A DNA stretch of 45,843 bases, counting the filler, from an uncultured Methanosarcinales archaeon (lineage in GTDB: Archaea; Nanobdellota; Nanobdellia; Woesearchaeales; CAZPJY01): the NCBI GenBank assembly GCA_964587045.1. It is 6 parts of 6 records of this genome, joined end to end, with 100 filler letters (N's around TTAATTAATTAA, not from the genome) between each part and the next. Parts side by side here need not be neighbours in the genome. Positions count along the whole stretch, not along the records: positions 27,748 to 35,432 come from CAZPJY010000045.1; positions 35,533 to 42,806 come from CAZPJY010000046.1; 4 more parts are not named here. The stretch is one strand, 5' to 3'. Of the stretch, positions 27,903 through 36,454 are shown one piece after another. A program made the position numbers and the translations under genes. Below the pieces are notes generated by a model, which saw only the letters and a list, made by a program, of their open reading frames with translations, made no database searches and was not told the DNA's origin. Numbering within the stretch: the stretch's first letter is position 1; each line of letters opens with the position of its first letter.

Positions 27903-29889
27903 CTACGTGACAGGAAGCGACCTGTATGAATACTTCGAATGCTGGAGGAGGCTTTGGAACAACTCCAACCTGGACCCAGAAATCAAACAGGCAATCCAGA
28001 ACGAAGAAAGTGAGTTCATGAAGAGGCTCAAAGAGGAGGGTATCCGATTCGAGGCAGAAGCAGTACATGCCATCCAAGCAATGGTGACGGAAACCAAGGA
28101 CGATTTCTTGGCAAAGGAACCGATTGACGCCCTCGATCGCATTGAGAAGGTGGAGGGCCATTCCCAGGAGTATAAGGCAGAAAAGACGCTTGAGCTGATG
28201 AAAAAAGGAGTCAAATACATCCAGCAAGGTGTCATCATAGACGAGAAGAACGGCCTTGAAGGAATGCCGGATCTTCTTATCAGGAGCGATCAGGGCAAGA
28301 GTAAGTTCGGCAGCTACCAGTACCATCCAGCGGATTTCAAGAGCTCGCACGAGCCTGAAGGAGAGCAGATTGCGCAGGTCGTCCACTACAGGAAGATACT
28401 TGCCAGTTTCCAGGGCGCAGAGCCAATCAACGCGTACGTCCTAAACCAGAGCAGGAATCTGAGCAGAACCTTCGAGGCGAACGCATTCGTCCCGGAACAA
28501 AACGAACTCGACGATAAGAAAACGCTAGAAGAGCTGAAGGAACTCGACAAAGATCAAAAAGAGGCAGTGAGAAAGACTGATGATGAGATTAGTGTCCTTG
28601 AATCTGTGATTGAAGAGATGAGAGGCATCAAGGAAAGGGATAAGGGATACTATGACAAGCGCAAAAGCCTCAGGAAGCAGATGATTGGGAAGCGCAACGA
28701 ACTGGACGAGCTTGAAGACGACAAGAAAAGATACGAGGCAAAGATCAAGATCGTCAAGAAGAGCAAGGAAATCACAGACGACTACGACAACCTCATAGCA
28801 GATGTCAAATCCCTCAAGCAAGGGAAGAAGAAACCTTCCCCGACCATATGCAGCGTGTGCGGGATGTGCGAGTACCACAACCACTGCAAGGACATAGCCT
28901 ACAAGGACAGGGACATATCCCTGATACAGGGACTCGCCAAGACGAAAAAGAGGCTCATCGAACCCATGATGCAAGAAGCAGGATTAGAAGCAACGATCGA
29001 AAACATACTAGAACACAAGGAACTCCTGCTGGAAAAAGGAATGTCAAAGGCATCAGTCGAAAAATACGTGACCTCTGCGCTGGCATACAGGGAATGCCAT
29101 TCTCTAAGCGACGAGGAAATCGATTTCATTATGGAGCACGGCGACCCGCAGGTCGACGGTTCCTTGCTTGATAAGGTGCCCAAGCACCTCAAACAATCCA
29201 TAATGAAGAAGAGGGTGCTGACATACAAGGACAATGACCTCATCGAAGAAGAGGGAGGCAAACTCCTGAAACAACCACTCATTCCAGAACACAGCGTGGA
29301 AACCCAGTTGGATTTCGAGGCCGACGAGACAGGTAAGTACATCACACTGATTGGGCTAAACGTCAGGAAGGAAAGTGAGAGCTTCCACAAGGCGTTTTTC
29401 GCAGAATCGGCAGAAGGTGAGTCCAAGATACTTGGAGATTTCCTGGAGTACTATGACAGCCTGGGCGATGGCGTTTTGCTCCTCCACTACTGGCATTATG
29501 AGAAGACCAACTTCAAGAGGATGCTAGACGCACATCACGAGAAGCTGCTCAAGCGTTTCGATTGGCGGCTTTTCGACATCGAGGACAAGCTCTGGAAGAA
29601 CCTCACCGACCAGGGCGAATATGTCAGGCACTGCTTAGCCACGCCTGCCCACTCCCTTTCCATCAAAACCCTGCTTCCGAAATCCTTCGGTTTCAGGTGG
29701 AGGGTCGATACGGATGTGGGTAAGATGGACGGGGCCAAGTGTGAGGTAGTGTATGGCAGGTTCAGGGAAGAGAAGGACCCCAAGAGGAAGGAGCAATTAA
29801 AGAGAGTCATCATCGACTACAACGAGGACGACGTAATCGGTCCCTGGCGGCTCTGGGACAAAATCAAAGAGCTGGCAAAAGGTTCTTAA
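27895..29889 (+). CDS. TM0106-family RecB-like nuclease with C-terminal RNase H-like domain and coiled-coil insertion
   Basis: GSDLYEYFECWRR, GMPDLLIR...ADFKSS, QVVHY, CGMCEYHNHC, DISLIQGL, LDFEAD, HYWHYEK, SIKTL..FGFRWR, YNEDDV. Confidence 0.88.
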   Translation: MSDYVTGSDLYEYFECWRRLWNNSNLDPEIKQAIQNEESEFMKRLKEEGIRFEAEAVHAIQAMVTETKDDFLAKEPIDALDRIEKVEGHSQEYKAEKTLELMKKGVKYIQQGVIIDEKNGLEGMPDLLIRSDQGKSKFGSYQYHPADFKSSHEPEGEQIAQVVHYRKILASFQGAEPINAYVLNQSRNLSRTFEANAFVPEQNELDDKKTLEELKELDKDQKEAVRKTDDEISVLESVIEEMRGIKERDKGYYDKRKSLRKQMIGKRNELDELEDDKKRYEAKIKIVKKSKEITDDYDNLIADVKSLKQGKKKPSPTICSVCGMCEYHNHCKDIAYKDRDISLIQGLAKTKKRLIEPMMQEAGLEATIENILEHKELLLEKGMSKASVEKYVTSALAYRECHSLSDEEIDFIMEHGDPQVDGSLLDKVPKHLKQSIMKKRVLTYKDNDLIEEEGGKLLKQPLIPEHSVETQLDFEADETGKYITLIGLNVRKESESFHKAFFAESAEGESKILGDFLEYYDSLGDGVLLLHYWHYEKTNFKRMLDAHHEKLLKRFDWRLFDIEDKLWKNLTDQGEYVRHCLATPAHSLSIKTLLPKSFGFRWRVDTDVGKMDGAKCEVVYGRFREEKDPKRKEQLKRVIIDYNEDDVIGPWRLWDKIKELAKGS

Positions 29890-29913
29890 ATTACATTTTA
29901 TGCACCACCCAAA

Positions 29914-31881
29914 ATGCTATTTTTCAAGAGAAAGGCGGAAGTGACAGAAGCTTTCTTTAATTACTGCGATAAGGGGAGCATCAATGTAGACAATCTCACG
30001 GATAACTATGAGTTCTTGGAAAAATGCTTGCATAGGATCGGAAAGAAGACAAAACTCCGTCAGGAGGTTCTAAGGCACATCTTCAACCTCAATCATAACG
30101 AACTTAGTAAGACCTACATTCTCGAAAAGCTAAAGGGGCACATAGATAAGGATTACCCAAACGCCAAGCATGTGTTGAGGATTCAAGGACCTATCTCACA
30201 AGAGGATTACTCAAGATACACCCACAACAAGGAGGTCCTGAACAAGTTGAGATGGCATCTGATCGGGCGCAAAGTCATTTTGGAAGAGGGATTGGAGGGG
30301 CTGCTTGTGGATAGGGAAAAACTGAGCCTCCACCAGGCACAAGACCTCATAAGGGGCGTGAAATTTGCGGAGCTTTTCAACTTGTCTGCTTGGCAGCTTT
30401 CGCGCATATTCGGATTTATCACAGGCCATCAGGACCTCAACAGCACTTACCAGCTGTACACTGATATCACCAACAGCGAGAAGCTTTCGGTTGAGATGCC
30501 GTTTAATGACATGCCGAACACAAATGAGTATCTCACCCGGCTGTTCAGCAAGAGCAAATCAATCCCACCACCCTTCATTGAGGCCATGATTGGAGCGGTT
30601 ATCAGCGATAAGGGCCTGTTCAGGAAGGTTATTTGCGGGCTGCTTACCAGAGAAAATATCATCGCTAGTCTTCCCCAGCATGTTATCAGTGACTCAGACA
30701 GGTCGCGATTAGAAGAGATTATTGAAGAGGTCGATGAGGGATTCCACCAGTTCCTGCATCAAATACACATTCAACAGAACAAAAGCAGGAACCTTACGTA
30801 TTCCATTTCTTTCTACACCGGAAATTTATTTACCTTGTCACGCAAAGAAATGAATGCGATCAAAGAAAAAGCGAAGGGGCCTGACCTCCTTACAAAGATA
30901 TACTTGAATGAGAAGGATTACAGAAGCGAAAAGAGCGTCTTTCGCATCCTCGATGAGCATAACATCAGGAAACCTGAAATATTCTATGAAGGCAAATTCG
31001 ACGAACACGACTTCATATTGAGGGAATACATAAAAGGTCACACTCTTCTTGAAATACTCGAGGAAAATCTTAGATTTGCCAATACAGTGAATATTTTATT
31101 ACATGATTCTAAGAGGTTATCAAAACACATTCCCAACAAGAAAATATTCAGGCAGGTCAGCATGGCTGATGTCCAGAACACCAAAATGTACATAATGGAC
31201 ATCTTCAGAGTCATACTAAAGCAGCTCGCCGCATTCCACTCTGAATTTTCCCTCGAAGGCACCCAGCCCAAGGAATTTGCAATTGATGACAACAGCTTTG
31301 GGCACCTTGGAAAGTATCTTCTCGACCAGGATATCGCGGTTTACAAAGACTCAAACCTAAAAAACTGGATCATGAGGGATGATGACATAATACCCTTGGA
31401 TTTCGAGCTCTCCTGGAACCGTCCCCGCACCCATGACGTAGTAAAAGTCCTCAACCAGCTTAACATCTTCTCAGATGAAAGCAAAAGGCACCTTATCTCA
31501 ACGTATCTGTCAGAAAGCGAGAGATTGGGTTCGCCGATTGATACGGAACGGTTCCTCTTCAATTTTGCCTTGAACGAGACCGTCTATTTCGCGACGAGAG
31601 CGGGATTCTACAAGGATGTTTACAGTAAGAGAAGGGATTATGGGAATATCGTGCATTCCTGGAATTGCATTTTGGAGAATTTCGGATCCCAAGCAAGCGC
31701 CCTTCCAAGAGAGGTGAAGGACTCCGTATCCGAGCACCTCACCCACTTAGCTGAATATTTACTCGAAGGGGAACGAGAAGAACCAAAAGTCATTTGGGAG
31801 CCCTTCAGCAGCGGCAGCTACTACGACATCTTCCTCGTCACTAGATATAGGGGCGAGGACTGGTATGACTGGATAAACTAG
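29914..31881 (+). CDS. Protein with C-terminal kinase-like (APH / RIO-like) phosphotransferase domain
   Basis: LTKIY...E, PEIF, LREYIKGHTL, LAAFH, YKDSNLKNWIM, PLDFE; roughly 320-aa unknown N-terminus. Confidence 0.75.
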   Translation: MLFFKRKAEVTEAFFNYCDKGSINVDNLTDNYEFLEKCLHRIGKKTKLRQEVLRHIFNLNHNELSKTYILEKLKGHIDKDYPNAKHVLRIQGPISQEDYSRYTHNKEVLNKLRWHLIGRKVILEEGLEGLLVDREKLSLHQAQDLIRGVKFAELFNLSAWQLSRIFGFITGHQDLNSTYQLYTDITNSEKLSVEMPFNDMPNTNEYLTRLFSKSKSIPPPFIEAMIGAVISDKGLFRKVICGLLTRENIIASLPQHVISDSDRSRLEEIIEEVDEGFHQFLHQIHIQQNKSRNLTYSISFYTGNLFTLSRKEMNAIKEKAKGPDLLTKIYLNEKDYRSEKSVFRILDEHNIRKPEIFYEGKFDEHDFILREYIKGHTLLEILEENLRFANTVNILLHDSKRLSKHIPNKKIFRQVSMADVQNTKMYIMDIFRVILKQLAAFHSEFSLEGTQPKEFAIDDNSFGHLGKYLLDQDIAVYKDSNLKNWIMRDDDIIPLDFELSWNRPRTHDVVKVLNQLNIFSDESKRHLISTYLSESERLGSPIDTERFLFNFALNETVYFATRAGFYKDVYSKRRDYGNIVHSWNCILENFGSQASALPREVKDSVSEHLTHLAEYLLEGEREEPKVIWEPFSSGSYYDIFLVTRYRGEDWYDWIN

Positions 31882-32786
31882 AGCATGAACCCTATCATGT
31901 GGTTAATCGAGAACACCAGATACCTCATGTCTGTCAGGAGCTGGAGGTCAGTGCGCGAGAGCCCGCCGGTCTGCAGCTGCTTTTGAATGGATGATCTTAT
32001 CTCCTCCCTCATGTTCCGTATCTTCTCCCTTTTCCCTACGCTGAACGTGTAGTAGAGGTGGTATGCCTGCTCGAAGTACCTTATGCATGACTGGAGCATG
32101 AACAAGGTGTCATTGCTGATTTCCCTGTTCTCCTTGGTGTAGTTGCATATGTCGCGGAAGATGTCGCCAACGTGGTCCAGTTCCTGTACCAGCCCGAAGG
32201 TGAAGCAGGTCTTATGGTGGTCTGTAGCGCCGAACTTGTTCATCAGCCTCTCAGAGTAGTTGACCAGCTTGTTGTTGTCCCGCTCATATGAGGCTATTAG
32301 CGGCAGAGCCTCATAGTCCTTGGTCATCAGGGCGTTGTAGAGCTCCCTCCCTTGCGAGAGCGTCAGTAGGAACAGGCGCCTTAGGATGTTGGGGAACTCC
32401 TCAGGATTGGCTTTTGCTATGGACTTAACGATGCAGTGGCTCTTTGAGATCTTGATAATCTCGTAGCCCATGAGCTGCTCTCGGATGAGCTCCCTTATCT
32501 TCTGGACCACTTTTTGGTCCTGGTAGTTGACTTTTATCTCATCCAGGCCGTACCTGTAGTATGTCTTTATGTCGCTGTAGACGAAGCGTTCCGGAACGCT
32601 GAGGGTGACTTCTACCGCATCGAAAGAGACTGGCTTGTCAATCGACAATATCAGTTCCCTGCCCCGCTGGATAAGCGAGAGCTCCTCCCCTTTCTTGACC
32701 TCATACCTCTTGATCCAATCGTTGGGCAGGGATATGACAAAGGTTCTCCCTGCTAGGCCGATCACCTTGCGCTTGGAGCCCATCAT
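31878..32786 (-). CDS. AbrB/MazE-PhoU phosphate-uptake-regulator-like protein
   Basis: RKVIGLAGRTFVISLPNDWIKRYEVKKGEEL, YRYGLDEI, LMGYEII, ELDHVGD; ATGA overlap with upstream gene. Confidence 0.88.
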   Translation of the reverse strand: MMGSKRKVIGLAGRTFVISLPNDWIKRYEVKKGEELSLIQRGRELILSIDKPVSFDAVEVTLSVPERFVYSDIKTYYRYGLDEIKVNYQDQKVVQKIRELIREQLMGYEIIKISKSHCIVKSIAKANPEEFPNILRRLFLLTLSQGRELYNALMTKDYEALPLIASYERDNNKLVNYSERLMNKFGATDHHKTCFTFGLVQELDHVGDIFRDICNYTKENREISNDTLFMLQSCIRYFEQAYHLYYTFSVGKREKIRNMREEIRSSIQKQLQTGGLSRTDLQLLTDMRYLVFSINHMIGFML

Positions 32787-33289
32787 ATCACCGAATTCAT
32801 TATGCCCTTTAACGTGTAATAGCCCAAATTGTCGTCGAATGTGTAGACCATATCCCATTCTCCAGATTCCTGAGTGAAGCTAATGTACTCGAGGTTGGCC
32901 TCATACTGGTCGCAGAAGGCGTTAATCCAAGGCAGATCGGAAATATATCGCCTATCCCACTTCTCACGCTGTGGATTGTAGTGCAGCAGGTAATCCTCAA
33001 TCCCGTCGATGGACAGCAGCTGCCTAACTATGCCGTTTTCCAGCAGGTCGATTAGGATGTCGCCGTGGCAGGCTTTCGGCTTGCACCAGCAACCGAGCAC
33101 CTTTCCCTCCAGCTCACCAAGATCCCTCAAGAGGTCCTCGCGCCTGAGAATATACTTCTTGTACTCAAGCATGGAATCCTCCCTGGTGTACTGGCCTTTC
33201 CCAATCCTGTAGGGGTTGCCCCATTTGGTCTTCCTGTCGATCCTGACATCGAACTGCTTGGTATCCCGCATGTTGATTACGCCGCTCAT
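32783..33289 (-). CDS. DUF4326 domain protein with C-terminal extension
   Basis: DVRIDRKTKWGNPY...LEGKVLGCWCKPKACHGDIL. Confidence 0.9.
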   Translation of the reverse strand: MSGVINMRDTKQFDVRIDRKTKWGNPYRIGKGQYTREDSMLEYKKYILRREDLLRDLGELEGKVLGCWCKPKACHGDILIDLLENGIVRQLLSIDGIEDYLLHYNPQREKWDRRYISDLPWINAFCDQYEANLEYISFTQESGEWDMVYTFDDNLGYYTLKGIMNSVI

Positions 33290-33367
33290 CTTTTGCCGCC
33301 GAGCAAGTGCTTTCTTATAAGGCTTTTGGAGCAATCTTTAAAAATAGAGGTTTGCTCCTCGCCGACC

Positions 33368-33682
33368 ATGGGAAAGGAACACTATCCTCTTCACGTTAAA
33401 CGGCGTGAACTGTTGGCAAATAAAGTCAAAACGAACCATTTTTATGCAATCATGGATGAGAATCTTAATTTCGAATACTCCTCTGACACAATAGATGGGC
33501 TGGCGTGGAAAGTCCAAAGAAAGGTCGATCAGACAGTCCAGCTGGTATACGACCCACCTCTCAACAGCTATTTCATACGGAATAGAGAAAGCAGGATAAT
33601 CATAAACTACACAAAGCTCTCCCCTTCGGACAGAGAGGAATTTGAGCAGGCGCTGCTTGGGATAAAGGGAGAAAAAGAATGA
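33368..33682 (+). CDS. Hypothetical protein (104 aa)
   Basis: ATG 33368 after TTTAAAAATA; ATGA overlap with next gene. Confidence 0.7.
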   Translation: MGKEHYPLHVKRRELLANKVKTNHFYAIMDENLNFEYSSDTIDGLAWKVQRKVDQTVQLVYDPPLNSYFIRNRESRIIINYTKLSPSDREEFEQALLGIKGEKE

Positions 33683-34008
33683 AATGGTCGCCCCTGATCT
33701 CAATAGGAATCCTTAGTTCCCTCCTTATAGGCGTGTCTCCACGCGTAAATGAAATGGAGAGGTATGTCGCTTCGAACGTTGATAGGTTAAACGACGAAGT
33801 AATCTTCCAAAAGCCAGACAGCTCATATGTGGTCTACAATCAGCATAGGGAAGACGACCCCTTCCTCAAGCTTGCTGATGGTGATACAGTTGTTGTTAGG
33901 GAGTATGTGAGCAAGACCCTGGCTGGAGTTCTTGTGGAGGCAATTGTCAAGGAGAGGGTGAAAAGCCTGGAGATCAGGCATGGGATCGAATACCTCATAA
34001 TGGAGTGA
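33679..34008 (+). CDS. Small secreted or membrane-anchored hypothetical protein, paralogue 1
   Basis: N-terminal hydrophobic segment; aligns by eye with 34056-34421. Confidence 0.75.
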   Translation: MKWSPLISIGILSSLLIGVSPRVNEMERYVASNVDRLNDEVIFQKPDSSYVVYNQHREDDPFLKLADGDTVVVREYVSKTLAGVLVEAIVKERVKSLEIRHGIEYLIME

Positions 34009-34055
34009 AGATCACACCGGAAATTTTAAAAATAAGCTCAATAGGCTTTCAAATT

Positions 34056-34421
34056 ATGAGATTATCAAAGCTTGTCCTGCCGCTGCTTGCAGCGTACACA
34101 CTAGGTGTAGCTCCAATCAAGACCATCCAGCATGAGCCTGAGCAGTACCATATCCAAAAAGTCTTCTTCAGCCGGGACATCGTAGCATTCCAGGATCCTG
34201 AGAAAGGCGTATTCGTCAAGCGCCTGAAAGGCCCAAACGATGTCTTGTGGGATCTCAAGGAAGGGGACACCCTGACCGAGCAGAGGCAGTCCATCCAGAG
34301 CGGGCTGGGATTAATCATAGAGGGCATATCAGGAAGGCACGTCTCTGGTCTGGACTTCGAGGCCAACAGCATATATTACATCGAAAAAGAGAGGACCTAC
34401 GCGCACGATAGCAGGCTGTGA
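34056..34421 (+). CDS. Small secreted or membrane-anchored hypothetical protein, paralogue 2
   Basis: MRLSKLVLPLLAAYTLGVAP signal; shares GVxP, FQxP, LxxGDT, GxxxE pattern with paralogue 1. Confidence 0.75.
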   Translation: MRLSKLVLPLLAAYTLGVAPIKTIQHEPEQYHIQKVFFSRDIVAFQDPEKGVFVKRLKGPNDVLWDLKEGDTLTEQRQSIQSGLGLIIEGISGRHVSGLDFEANSIYYIEKERTYAHDSRL

Positions 34422-34564
34422 CATTTTCTCCTAGAGATCGTAATTTATCGCCACCTGTGCTGTAACCATATCCGCTGTAAGGCTTCAGCAAATGCCCAAT
34501 ATAATCTTCAGGTAAAAAGGGCTAATTTGAATTCAGGCCTAATTCCATGCCTTCCTCATTGGGC

Positions 34565-34882
34565 TCATTTGACTTGCTGGTATAGCTTCTCGACGCTGTC
34601 TGGGTCAAAGTACATGTCTGCAGGAGAACCGGGTCTGCACTTGGTCCCTGAAAGGATGTCGAAACGGCCCCATGACTGGCCAGGAACTGAGTAGAACTCA
34701 CGGGCTGTAAAACTGTTTCCGAGCGAGTCCTTCACCGAAAGCACCCTGCTCTTGTTGTTCTCCCGGAGATGGATTTCCAGCCCCTTGTATGTGGTTTCCT
34801 TGATAGTGTCCCTGCTGTTGAAGGAGCATGATGCCATGCTTAGGCAAATCAGTGGCATGATCAGTTTGGTTGTGAGCTTCAT
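34565..34882 (-). CDS. Putative lipoprotein
   Basis: MKLTTKLIMPLICLSMAS-C lipobox-like signal; CAGGAGG SD; TTTATAAA upstream. Confidence 0.75.
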   Translation of the reverse strand: MKLTTKLIMPLICLSMASCSFNSRDTIKETTYKGLEIHLRENNKSRVLSVKDSLGNSFTAREFYSVPGQSWGRFDILSGTKCRPGSPADMYFDPDSVEKLYQQVK

Positions 34883-35002
34883 GGTGGTTTCCTCCTGGAT
34901 TTTGGGTAGGTGAGCTGATAATTTATAAAGTTTTCGATATTTTATCACTGGTGAGTGGTTAAAATAGAAAGGCTTAAATACCATGAATACATGACCGCAC
35001 TC

Positions 35003-35432
35003 ATGACGATAGATCACATCCTTAAGAAAATCGAAGAATACATCAGTATACCCTCAGTGATATGCCACGAGCAGCCGTTCATGAAAGCCCTAGCAGAAGA
35101 TTTCGCCCTGCCGGGATACGAAGTCGACCTGCGCGATAGGATTCTCGCCATCAAGCGGAAAGGGAAGAGCGGCCTTGTGATAACAGCCCACATAGACCGC
35201 ATGGGGCTGGTCATGGGCGAGGGAGAAGCAGCAGAGTACGCCAAGTACAGGGCCAAGAAGCATTTCTCCATACCGTTCAAGGAAAAGGAGCAGGTATTCA
35301 AGAAGAGCGGCGACAAGTACGTCGGAGAAGTGATGATCGCCTACTCACCTGACGGCACAGAGATTTGCGAGGTGGTACCAGAAAGCTACTCCTACGATTT
35401 CGAGTCTAAACTCGCCACCTGGGACCTCTCAG
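35003..35432 (+). CDS. M42/M20-family metallopeptidase, truncated at contig end
   Basis: ISIPSVICHE, LVITAHIDRMG. Confidence 0.75.
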
Positions 35433-35532
35433 NNNNNNNNNNNNNNNNNNNNNNNNNNNNNNNNNNNNNNNNNNNNTTAATTAATTAANNNNNNNNNNNN
35501 NNNNNNNNNNNNNNNNNNNNNNNNNNNNNNNN
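35433..35532. other. Artificial contig linker
   Basis: N-run + TTAATTAATTAA + N-run. Confidence 0.99.
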
Positions 35533-35616
35533 GGTTATGAAGTGAGTTCTTAGGCATAGTGACTTAGAGGAACGTCAATCCTCACACTTACAAACTGCCT
35601 GAGGGCCCTATCCAAG

Positions 35617-36141
35617 ATGACGAGCGAACGACTGACACAGGAGAAGGTGAACAACCTCCTCATCGAGACTGTCGGTGAGGACTCGATTGAGGTAGTCAAT
35701 TTTCTCAAGAAAAACAAGAACATCTCAGAGTTCAAGATAGCAGAGCAGCTGAAAATTGAGATCCACATCGTTCGCAACATCCTGTACAGGCTGCACGACA
35801 AGCACCTCGCTACCTACAAGCGCAAGAAGGACAAGAAGAAGGGATGGTACATAAGCTACTGGAACTTCAACCCGCCCAGGGTAAAGGAGCTGATAGAGCA
35901 GGTCAAGGCGGAGAAGCTGGACAGGTTCAAGTCGAGGCTGGACAAGGAGTTGGCGCATCAGGGCAATTTCTTCATGTGTGCCAACCGGTGCGTCAGGATG
36001 GATTTCGATAACGCCGTCGAATCAGAGTTCAAATGCCCTGAGTGCGGGGAGCTTATGCTCCAGCAGGACAACAACAGGACCATAGAACACCTTCAGGCTG
36101 AGATAGGGAAGCTTGAAAAGAGCCTGAAGAGGGCGTCTTAG
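35617..36141 (+). CDS. tfe: Transcription factor E (alpha)
   Basis: Winged helix SEFKIAEQL...VRNILYRL, KKGWYISYW; zinc ribbon CANRC...FKCPECG; DN..I..L tail. Confidence 0.93.
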   Translation: MTSERLTQEKVNNLLIETVGEDSIEVVNFLKKNKNISEFKIAEQLKIEIHIVRNILYRLHDKHLATYKRKKDKKKGWYISYWNFNPPRVKELIEQVKAEKLDRFKSRLDKELAHQGNFFMCANRCVRMDFDNAVESEFKCPECGELMLQQDNNRTIEHLQAEIGKLEKSLKRAS

Positions 36142-36158
36142 CTACCGAAATTGTACCA

Positions 36159-36395
36159 TTACTTCTCTGATGGTGTCGGCGAACGCTCATAAGATGCCAT
36201 TCCTCGGAAAGCCCCTGGCATGATGGCAACCGCCCGGTCCGCATAGCTGTCCTCGTCAGAATCATACAGGATAAAGGAAGGCGCTTGTGGGCGTGAAAGA
36301 ATTTTTCCGCCATCAGCCTCGACATTCTTCTGAAGGAGAAGTCCAGACAACACATTCAGCGCGAGCTCCCCTGTCACCGCCGCAACCAATAGCAT
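36159..36395 (-). CDS. Small hypothetical protein (78 aa)
   Basis: ATG 36395 below an AT-rich promoter-like region; fills the gap between tfe and the redox gene. Confidence 0.45.
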   Translation of the reverse strand: MLLVAAVTGELALNVLSGLLLQKNVEADGGKILSRPQAPSFILYDSDEDSYADRAVAIMPGAFRGMASYERSPTPSEK

Positions 36396-36454
36396 TGAGT
36401 TCAGAGTATGTTTTTTGATGGAAAAAGTATAAGAAAAAATGTAATATAAAACAT

